From IMG/VR virus record IMGVR_UViG_3300020256_000002, positions 1-64,000 of that record: DNA of 64,000 nucleotides, one strand, 5' to 3'. The notes below the pieces were generated by a model, which was not told where the DNA came from, did not search any database, and was given only the letters and a program-made list of their open reading frames with translations. The stretch's first letter is position 1. Every line of letters starts with the position of its first letter. The stretch is from an uncultured virus (IMG/VR IMGVR_UViG_3300020256_000002) (taxonomy: Duplodnaviria; Heunggongvirae; Uroviricota; Caudoviricetes). Both the position numbers and the translations under genes were made by a program. Positions 56,680 to 64,000 of this stretch are shown here, piece by piece.

Positions 56680-59589
56680 TTAGTCTGTATGTCTAATGAA
56701 TTTAATGTCCAAATCATCGACCAGTGCAATGGCACCATCCGGTTGACGCTCTAAGACTTTAGCTAGGCTACAACCTACTGAGTCGTTGTCCACTACAAAT
56801 GCATCCAATGTAGAGTCATCGTTGAACGAGTGCACCTTAATGGTCACCACGTCATCACTGACAACTTTACGGAGCTTATCGTGAATAGAACCCGTTGAGA
56901 TTTTAGACTTAGCCAATTCATTAATGACCACCTCTTTTACCGAAGCGTTGAGGCTCTTACGAATTGCAGCGTTTGAGTACGCATTAAAGCTAACGTACAA
57001 ATCAACACGAACACTAATGCCAGCACTGATTTGTTTTGGCTCACCTTGTACTGAGTACACGGTAATGGTCCCACTGTTTGCTTTAGGTGAGAACATCAGG
57101 TCAGTACGAGCCAGAAGCTTACCACTGATGTCACCAATGTCTGTTTGTACCCAATCTACAATACTTTCAGCCACAGTACGAACGTATGCATTAGTTCCTG
57201 TTTCTGTAGAGTAACGATAACGACCATCAAACAGAATTTGTTCAATGAAGTACGTCTCACTGCTCCCACCAACAGGAATACGTTCACCGTGCTCGTCCAG
57301 CTTGTAATCCCCTTGGCGGAATTGGTAAACCGGTCCACCAGTTTCCGAATCCATGACAGGGTCACCTTTAGAGTGAAGTAAGATACCTTCAAACTGCCCA
57401 TCCACCTCAACTAACTTGATAAAGCCGGAATCGGGCTCACGTTCGTAAATGTCCTCACTGTAAAGCATTGGTACGTCACGGTCCCACACTTCGTAATTAG
57501 GCTCGTTAATCGATACCCGTGAACGGTTGATTAATCCATCCATGCTTTCGAACAAACGTAGGTTAGCCGTTTCATGCGTAATTACGATTGCGTCTTCAGC
57601 AGCAAATGGCGTACCCAGAAGGTTGTGTAGGTCGTCTCGCTTGTCGGTAGATAAACCAACGTCAGTTACGTAATGGATAAAGTCAAACTCCGTATCAGGC
57701 TCAATGGGGTAGAGTAAAGTATCATCAATCACCGCATTGAAGTTAGTGGCAAAGAGTTTGTGACCTTTGTGGATTTCAAACTTCGTGTTGATGGGGAAAC
57801 GGAATATTAAGTTACCGTCTACATCACGACCGTAGTTGACACCCTCCACGTAAGTACGTTGCTCCTGACCACCCGGACGGAACGCTAACTGCAAACCAAC
57901 TTTAGACGGATGCAGTTTTTCATGTCCTACCGAACCTTTTACGGTTACTGCTAATTCATAGCCATCGAATGTACGGTATAGCGACATTGCACTTAAGGTA
58001 GCTTTATAATCCACTTTACTGTTAGCTGCACCGAAGTAACGATTGTTCACCGTTGGGTTATCGATGTAGTAGTTGTTGTAACTAAAGACATCGTCGTTAG
58101 TGTCTAAAACGGTAAGGTACGGACTGAAGAAATAACTTTCTTGTTCCAGTAAAGAGATTAGCACATCGCCACTTGCCTGCTCCAACGCTTCCCGCTCAAG
58201 GTCACTCACAAAACTGATACCCACACCATTTCGTTTATACAACGTGTTAGGCATGATGCTCCAAATCTTGTTAGCGTAGTAGGCAGTCGACAACGTCTGT
58301 AAAAGCTCTGACCAGACCTTTATTGACTCAACAGTAGTGCCAATGGGGCTAGAGCTTAAACCACGCTCAGGAGCCGGTACAGTGCGAGATGCGAGGAATG
58401 TACGGTCAGTTATGTTATCCACCACGCTCAGTACATCATAACCACGGTCTTTCAGCGTATTGGTCAAGTCAAATTCAGTGACCGGTGCTGGTTTGTAAGT
58501 GGAGTTACGAACCGTACGGTCTTGCAACTCCTCAAACGACAGACCATTACTACCACCCTTAGTTACAGAACTACCGGCAATTGCCATTTGGGTAATCTGA
58601 GACAGAGGGGCAGTGTAGCGACCATTGTCCGTGTTGTTTAAATCTATCCACTTACTTTGGACGGCAGTATATGGGTACTCGCTGAGCGACAGCGAGATAT
58701 TACCTTTAGTGGTGTAGACATCAATGCGAACTTCTGCACCGATTAATCCCTTGTTGAAATAAATCTCAGGAATCTTAACACGCAACGTGCCGTCGGCCAG
58801 TTTCAATGTGGCCGTAGGGATACCATTGTCGTATACGCGACCAGAGTGAGTAGTAACCATCTCTTCCCAATCGCCACCAGTGTGGCGATGAAACACTCTG
58901 CAGTAATATAAGTAATCGCGAATGGTCTTAGTCGTACTAAAGCCACTTGCGCTTGACACGGTGGCTACGGACGATTCTACGCTATACTGCAAACCCGGCA
59001 CTTGGAACATTAACATCTCACTACCTTGGTGTCTGTGTAGACGGTAGTCGATAACGTTAGTCTCCAGTGCCATGAACGGTGACTGTTCACTTGTATCGTA
59101 AAGAATGCTAATCGATTCAGCCCCAGAGAAAATAATTTCAATGGGGTATACGAAACTGAAGTTTGCACCAGCCACGGTGACACGGGATTCACGTGGAATA
59201 ACTAACTTAGTGTTGTTAGTTCCCGGAACAGTCTTCGCAAGACTACGTAACTCCGCCACGTTAAATGCAAACGTGAAGAGGTCACGACTTGGACTACCCC
59301 ATACACCAACATATTCCAAATCGGAAATATGCCCATACAAGTCATCTTCGGTACTTACCAGTTTAGGATAAGTACGACGGGTTAGACTTTCACACTCACT
59401 GATGGAATCGGCTGCCATAACCGCTGCGGACTCTAGTAGTAGAGTAAAGGGGTTAGTGGGGTCAATGACATTCAGTGTACCCTTTGAAGCTTTATCAAGA
59501 AGCTTGTATACGGAACGTTGGACGGCGTTGGGATTTCGTCGGAACTTATCAAGGTCGTCCTGCAATTCACTAACTTGGATATTATCCAT
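56680..59589 (-). CDS. Baseplate wedge-like structural protein (phiKZ gp87-like)
   Basis: 969 aa; DPTNPF-LLLE, DLY-H-SD, YTTKG and GGSNG--FEEL motifs of T4 gp6/baseplate J-like proteins. Confidence 0.65.
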   Translation of the reverse strand: MDNIQVSELQDDLDKFRRNPNAVQRSVYKLLDKASKGTLNVIDPTNPFTLLLESAAVMAADSISECESLTRRTYPKLVSTEDDLYGHISDLEYVGVWGSPSRDLFTFAFNVAELRSLAKTVPGTNNTKLVIPRESRVTVAGANFSFVYPIEIIFSGAESISILYDTSEQSPFMALETNVIDYRLHRHQGSEMLMFQVPGLQYSVESSVATVSSASGFSTTKTIRDYLYYCRVFHRHTGGDWEEMVTTHSGRVYDNGIPTATLKLADGTLRVKIPEIYFNKGLIGAEVRIDVYTTKGNISLSLSEYPYTAVQSKWIDLNNTDNGRYTAPLSQITQMAIAGSSVTKGGSNGLSFEELQDRTVRNSTYKPAPVTEFDLTNTLKDRGYDVLSVVDNITDRTFLASRTVPAPERGLSSSPIGTTVESIKVWSELLQTLSTAYYANKIWSIMPNTLYKRNGVGISFVSDLEREALEQASGDVLISLLEQESYFFSPYLTVLDTNDDVFSYNNYYIDNPTVNNRYFGAANSKVDYKATLSAMSLYRTFDGYELAVTVKGSVGHEKLHPSKVGLQLAFRPGGQEQRTYVEGVNYGRDVDGNLIFRFPINTKFEIHKGHKLFATNFNAVIDDTLLYPIEPDTEFDFIHYVTDVGLSTDKRDDLHNLLGTPFAAEDAIVITHETANLRLFESMDGLINRSRVSINEPNYEVWDRDVPMLYSEDIYEREPDSGFIKLVEVDGQFEGILLHSKGDPVMDSETGGPVYQFRQGDYKLDEHGERIPVGGSSETYFIEQILFDGRYRYSTETGTNAYVRTVAESIVDWVQTDIGDISGKLLARTDLMFSPKANSGTITVYSVQGEPKQISAGISVRVDLYVSFNAYSNAAIRKSLNASVKEVVINELAKSKISTGSIHDKLRKVVSDDVVTIKVHSFNDDSTLDAFVVDNDSVGCSLAKVLERQPDGAIALVDDLDIKFIRHTD

Positions 59590-59601
59590 TACTGAATCCT
59601 C

Positions 59602-60696
59602 TTATTTAATATACTGTTCTGGTCTGAACTGTTTTAGTTCAGCGGCTGATTCAAGGTAAAGGTGCTTGTTAACCCACCACTCTAACTCCATGTTACCATC
59701 CTCACTGATGCGTGGGTAAGAACGGAAGTTAAAGTAGTCCTTTTCCTCGTCTCGTAATTTAACCATTTGCGTATCGCGGAAACGGTTAGACATACTAGGG
59801 TTAAACTCTGCAACCAAGGAATTGAACTCAATAACCAGAATGGGGTCATTGTAAATCCACCCGCTACATTTAAACGGGACAGATATTTCTTGGTTATCCT
59901 GAATCAACGGTTGGGACGAGTCGAAGTTGAACGCAGCGCCCAATGGGTTTACGTAAGGTGCCCCGTAGCCACAGGCTGCAATCTTCGTAATGTACTTACG
60001 ACGCTGGTCTAATACCAAACGGTATATGCGAGTATCGTAGTCTTTTTCATTTTCGGCAATACACTCTGGCCACGGTAACATACTACCCTCTGACACCCGT
60101 GAAGCATACTGCGTCCAAATATGCATCAGTAGACTGATTGGGTCACCAGACATATTTCGGAAGTTTGCGGTAATGTCGTTGGTGCTGTAATCCATTGGGA
60201 GTGAATCAATCATACTCCACGATTCATTAGCAAGACCGTTAGGCGAGGTATGTGTATCCATTACCGAATCTGGCCAGCCACTCATGCTAATTAATAAGTT
60301 AGAGAGTAATGGGATGAACGGGTTTTGTGGGTCGACCATAGGACACTGTATTGGTCTTATGTGCGATTTTTCCACCCCCTTATGAGAGACTGGGTCTAGT
60401 ATACACCGTATTGCACGAGGTAGTGTTAGGGGGTCTCCGGTGAGCAAAGGTGCAAAGTTACGTACCCCAGCAATATTATCATATGACAAATTTAGTCTAG
60501 GGCGGGTAAAAAACGTTAACCCGTGGTTATCGCTATTCGGTTTAACCTGAACACCAATGTTCCGATGGTTGAAGCCGTAAAACGCATTAGTCGCCGCCTT
60601 GGTGAGTTCCCCTCTGGAACTCCCAGCCTTTGATACGGCATCGCGCACAGCCGACTGGTTTCGGTAACCGAGGTCGTCGTATTTATTATCAGACAT
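59602..60696 (-). CDS. Virion structural protein (tail-tube/baseplate-type, phiKZ gp88-like)
   Basis: FFTRP-LNL, SGWPD and DY-TRIYRLVLD motifs; synteny. Confidence 0.6.
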   Translation of the reverse strand: MSDNKYDDLGYRNQSAVRDAVSKAGSSRGELTKAATNAFYGFNHRNIGVQVKPNSDNHGLTFFTRPRLNLSYDNIAGVRNFAPLLTGDPLTLPRAIRCILDPVSHKGVEKSHIRPIQCPMVDPQNPFIPLLSNLLISMSGWPDSVMDTHTSPNGLANESWSMIDSLPMDYSTNDITANFRNMSGDPISLLMHIWTQYASRVSEGSMLPWPECIAENEKDYDTRIYRLVLDQRRKYITKIAACGYGAPYVNPLGAAFNFDSSQPLIQDNQEISVPFKCSGWIYNDPILVIEFNSLVAEFNPSMSNRFRDTQMVKLRDEEKDYFNFRSYPRISEDGNMELEWWVNKHLYLESAAELKQFRPEQYIK

Positions 60697-60725
60697 TTTC
60701 AACTAACTCCTAGGGGAAAACCAAC

Positions 60726-61790
60726 ATGTATAAGGAAAGTGTAGATACTACCCTTTCGGTCGTAGGGCGTGTATCTGACCTGATGCGAAGTGCTACTTCA
60801 GAATCGCTAATCGAGTATACTAAAGATACTCGTGTTGAGCCGGTAGTCATCTTAGACCAAACTCTTCGTCAGCAACCATACATCACCGATGCTTTACACT
60901 CTTTGGTAAGCATCTTCTCAGGCTACTATCTACAAGCTGTGAGCATTTCTACTAATGTCGGCAGCATCGACGTAACTAAGTTACTCGATAAGTTAAGCAC
61001 TGAGCGTTCTCCAGTTAAGTCTGCCTTAGGCAACTTTTTATCTATGGAGTCATATGATGTTGGCCTACCGACGATATCAATGGAAGCACGTGGTAACCGA
61101 AGAGGTGAATCCAGTGCCCAAACCGATTCTGGTGCACATGCTAAATTAGCAGATGCATCGAACTTATCAGTAGGCAAAATGCTGAAAGTTCAGATTAAAG
61201 AAAATGGCCATGAAGCTGATATTGATGTGTCCATCCGCTTACGTGTTAAGAGCACGGGTTCGGACGCGATTACTAAGCTTATGGCCGGAAAGGCGAAAGA
61301 CACCGGTGCCCGTATGCGTTACTTGCAATGGGATGCTCGTGAACTTTCGTTCTGGCATGATATTGTTCTCTGCAGCGACCTCATTGATGCGAATAAGAAA
61401 GCAATGTTGCAGGACAAGGACGGTACGATTGCAACGCTAGCCAATCGCCGTACTAAGAATCGCATTGCCGGTATTTTCTCCGGTGAGCCTTCGGTGAACA
61501 ATGCCTCTGCCATGGTCGTTATGAGCGAAGCAACTCGTCGCCAAGTTGAAAAAGACTTAGGTGGTAAGTTGAAACGTTTTAAGGACCGTGAGCGTATGTT
61601 CGAAAACACTCTGACAATGATTGTAATGGTCATTGACACTGAGTGGGAACAACTCACTATCTACCATCGTGGTATTGAAGAACCAACCGAACTTGCCGTA
61701 AAAGAACTCAAGTCATTGAACAGGGGTACTGGTCCGGATGTTGGTGAAATTCTGAAAGCTTATCAGCTTGGTAATTCCCCACAATTCTAA
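60726..61790 (+). CDS. Head/inner-body protein (phiKZ gp89-like)
   Basis: SME cleavage-type sites; RVEP and NLSVGK; synteny. Confidence 0.6.
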   Translation: MYKESVDTTLSVVGRVSDLMRSATSESLIEYTKDTRVEPVVILDQTLRQQPYITDALHSLVSIFSGYYLQAVSISTNVGSIDVTKLLDKLSTERSPVKSALGNFLSMESYDVGLPTISMEARGNRRGESSAQTDSGAHAKLADASNLSVGKMLKVQIKENGHEADIDVSIRLRVKSTGSDAITKLMAGKAKDTGARMRYLQWDARELSFWHDIVLCSDLIDANKKAMLQDKDGTIATLANRRTKNRIAGIFSGEPSVNNASAMVVMSEATRRQVEKDLGGKLKRFKDRERMFENTLTMIVMVIDTEWEQLTIYHRGIEEPTELAVKELKSLNRGTGPDVGEILKAYQLGNSPQF

Positions 61791-61802
61791 ATTGGAGTAA
61801 AC

Positions 61803-62687
61803 ATGAAAGTCGAAAATTATCTTCGCTCAATGTTGCCCTCTATGGAAAAGGTGTCTATCAAAGAAGACCTGCGTAATCTTAAAGAGGAATTGGACGGTAA
61901 GTCCATTCCTCCTTTTGTAAGTGCGTCAGAGTTCTTTAGTAAGGACTACACCTTTAAGTCGAGAGACGTTCAAGAGCTGCAAAAAATTGTAGACCGTAGA
62001 GTGGACCATAAAGCTAAGAACCTTGTTCTACTTACTCGAGCCGCATTAGAGCAGAGCACTGCGAACGTCAATTCCATTATTGACTTAGTAGAGAAGCATT
62101 ACTCCAATGACGTGGTTCGCGACGGTATGACCTACCTGAAAGTAAACATCAACCAATACATCGAGTCCATGAGCTTCATGTCCATGTACGCTCGTCGTTT
62201 ACTGTTGGTGGTTTACGGTCTGGAAGCTATGGGTTCAAGTGAAGCTGCGGACAAAGCATTGTCTCGTGACCTGAACTGGGTTCGTAAGCGCTTTAACGAT
62301 TTCTTGGTTTGTGTTAAGGCAAACCTGAAGAACGACAAAGTTCTGAAAAAGGAATTGGAAGCCATTCCAGATATGCAGGTTAAACCTGAGTCAGCTGCGG
62401 CAGTTCGTGAAACGGTTGGACTGGACAAGATTGACCCTAACAGCTTTGGGTTAATCAGTGCTCGTCTGAATCCTATCTACCATATCCGTATGGCTTGGAC
62501 TAAGTGGCAGGTGCATCGTTTACGTCAGGCTGAAGAAGAGAAAGAACTTCTTGAATTTAAACTGGTCTACCTACGTAATGAACGTAGCGGTAAGAAAGAT
62601 GCGAAGCTTGAAGAAGTTATTGAGCGTTACGAAGCTCGTGTTCAAAAGCTTCAGTACAAAACTCAGGAGATGCTAGAAGATGAGTAA
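61803..62687 (+). CDS. Head/inner-body protein (phiKZ gp90-like)
   Basis: Helical; NPIYHIRM motif; synteny. Confidence 0.58.
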   Translation: MKVENYLRSMLPSMEKVSIKEDLRNLKEELDGKSIPPFVSASEFFSKDYTFKSRDVQELQKIVDRRVDHKAKNLVLLTRAALEQSTANVNSIIDLVEKHYSNDVVRDGMTYLKVNINQYIESMSFMSMYARRLLLVVYGLEAMGSSEAADKALSRDLNWVRKRFNDFLVCVKANLKNDKVLKKELEAIPDMQVKPESAAAVRETVGLDKIDPNSFGLISARLNPIYHIRMAWTKWQVHRLRQAEEEKELLEFKLVYLRNERSGKKDAKLEEVIERYEARVQKLQYKTQEMLEDE

Positions 62688-63219
62688 ACCAGTAGCAAGC
62701 CCATTCGGCTTCTGCTTTGGTCAACCATCGGCGGGTAAGAAATTGCCCGTCCTAGCTGTCCCTGAAGTAGAAGCTCTCGCACTTGAGTACCGTACTTGTA
62801 CTCGCAAACAGGTTTCTATGGACTTCCTCGGGCGAATGGTGCATACGGCTAAGATTCTTCTTGGTCCTAATCCCATTAGTCATTTGTCTTCCTTATATGA
62901 ACGACGTGCTCTTGTTAGTGAATCTGACTATAATTATGATTTCCTTCAAGATACCGTCAAATTCATTGAGACGGGACACCGGACTATGGGTATTTCCACC
63001 ATTAGTCAATTGATGGATTTCCTTGGAGAAGATGAGAAATTCGAATTCCATCCTCTCAAATATTTACCCCCGATTAATCCGACACGTATGGAACGCACGT
63101 CACAACCGTGTGAGTCCGTATACACTCGCTGGTTACAACAACCAAACGGTGTGAACGATATGTTATGTACGTTAATCGTTTTATTCGGTAAACACAACCA
63201 ACTTTGTTGCAACAAATAG
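62680..63219 (+). CDS. Probable conserved hypothetical/virion protein
   Basis: 179 aa; FL-DTV-FI-TG-R and W...G--DM--TL--LFG pattern. Confidence 0.55.
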   Translation: MSKPVASPFGFCFGQPSAGKKLPVLAVPEVEALALEYRTCTRKQVSMDFLGRMVHTAKILLGPNPISHLSSLYERRALVSESDYNYDFLQDTVKFIETGHRTMGISTISQLMDFLGEDEKFEFHPLKYLPPINPTRMERTSQPCESVYTRWLQQPNGVNDMLCTLIVLFGKHNQLCCNK

Positions 63220-63231
63220 GAAAAAGTTAAA

Positions 63232-64000
63232 ATGCGTAATTTAGCAAATATCGGTAAACAAATCGCCCAGACTCAATATGCTGGCGTACAAGTCGGTGGA
63301 AGCGAAGGTCTGGAAAGCATCCTTGAAGAAGTTTCTGTTGAAGCAATGCAAATCGAAGGCGATAACGCTCTTTGTGCCGACCTGGAAAACGTTGTAGGTT
63401 CTTTGGAAAGCATCGCTGACCAAGCTGCAGCATCAATCGAAGACGGTGGTCTTGACCGTCAAGCTGCTGGCCTGTTGGAAGTAGCTGTTGAATCACACAT
63501 GGCCCGTGTTGGTCTGTCTGCTCAAGATTCTGTAGCGTCTCTTGAATCTTTCGGTGGCACTGGTACTCGCGTTGAAGCGACTCAGGTTTCTGTTGAAGCC
63601 ATCAAGGACAAAGCTAAGCAGCTTTGGGACTTCCTGGTTAAGAAATTCCAAGAAGCTCGTCAAAAAGTTTTCGCTTGGTTCAAGAAAGTATTCTCTGGCG
63701 CGGCAATGCTGAAGAAGCGTGCTGAAGGTATCGCGAAGAAAGCTGTCGACAAAAAAGGCACTAAGAAAGACGACCAGGAAGAAATCAAACTGGGCGGCGC
63801 TGCTAAAGCACTTGCTGGTAAAGATGGCAAAGCTGACATCCCTGCACTTGCTGGCGATATCAAAGAACTGGCTAAAGTAGTTGACGGCGTATACCGTGGT
63901 CACGCTAAGCGCGTTGGTGATTTCGGTGGTGACGTTGCTGGTCTGCTTGACAAAGTAGCTGGTGCTCCTAAAGAAGACCTGGAAGGTTCTGATGCCGACA
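63232..64000 (+). CDS. phiKZ-type internal head protein (gp93 paralog family), truncated by the window end
   Basis: Missing from the track because it has no stop in the window: MRNLANIGKQ...GLE...SLE...SLESFGG...SVEAIKDKAKQLWDFLVKKF; multiple S/G/A-x-E cleavage sites. Confidence 0.75.
   Translation, partial: MRNLANIGKQIAQTQYAGVQVGGSEGLESILEEVSVEAMQIEGDNALCADLENVVGSLESIADQAAASIEDGGLDRQAAGLLEVAVESHMARVGLSAQDSVASLESFGGTGTRVEATQVSVEAIKDKAKQLWDFLVKKFQEARQKVFAWFKKVFSGAAMLKKRAEGIAKKAVDKKGTKKDDQEEIKLGGAAKALAGKDGKADIPALAGDIKELAKVVDGVYRGHAKRVGDFGGDVAGLLDKVAGAPKEDLEGSDAD

Noticed and set aside
63227..63903. Minus-strand ORFs listed in the track at the window end
   Set aside because: Shadows of the real + strand internal head protein gene starting at 63232, which runs off the window
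1..64000. Alternative genetic code or stop-codon recoding
   Set aside because: Core genes are full-length under the standard code, and TAA, TAG and TGA all occur as stops at sensible gene boundaries

Overview
This window is a 64-kb segment of a phiKZ-like, nucleus-forming jumbo phage (Chimalliviridae-type). The core block runs in the familiar order: PhuZ tubulin, family-B DNA polymerase catalytic part, chimallin (nuclear shell), non-virion RNA polymerase subunits (beta'-N with NADFDGD, gp68-like, beta, beta'-C), SbcD/Mre11 nuclease, probable ChmC, PicA/Imp1 and Nlp, an SF2 helicase, a virion RNAP beta' fragment, the separately encoded polymerase exonuclease/motif-A part, and baseplate and head/inner-body genes. 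Ortholog names rest on motifs and recalled gene order, not on database searches. The most interesting signals read directly from the sequence are: (1) a ~510-nt ORF-free, heavily base-paired candidate ncRNA right after phuZ; (2) a hairpin+TTATGHCG element seen about 14 times, mostly at gene 3' ends, a candidate non-canonical terminator or processing signal; (3) a bipartite promoter, TAC-N15-TAT(AG/GT), with exact spacing at nine sites, plus a separate early-type GATATATTATC motif; (4) a tandem array of about 8 probable divergent small paralogs between phuZ and the polymerase; (5) an Ala1 class-3 intein with a LAGLIDADG endonuclease in the helicase P-loop; (6) an SSB-like DDDMPF tail on the ChmC-like protein; (7) two further small-RNA candidates. 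No tRNA, rRNA or CRISPR array was found.
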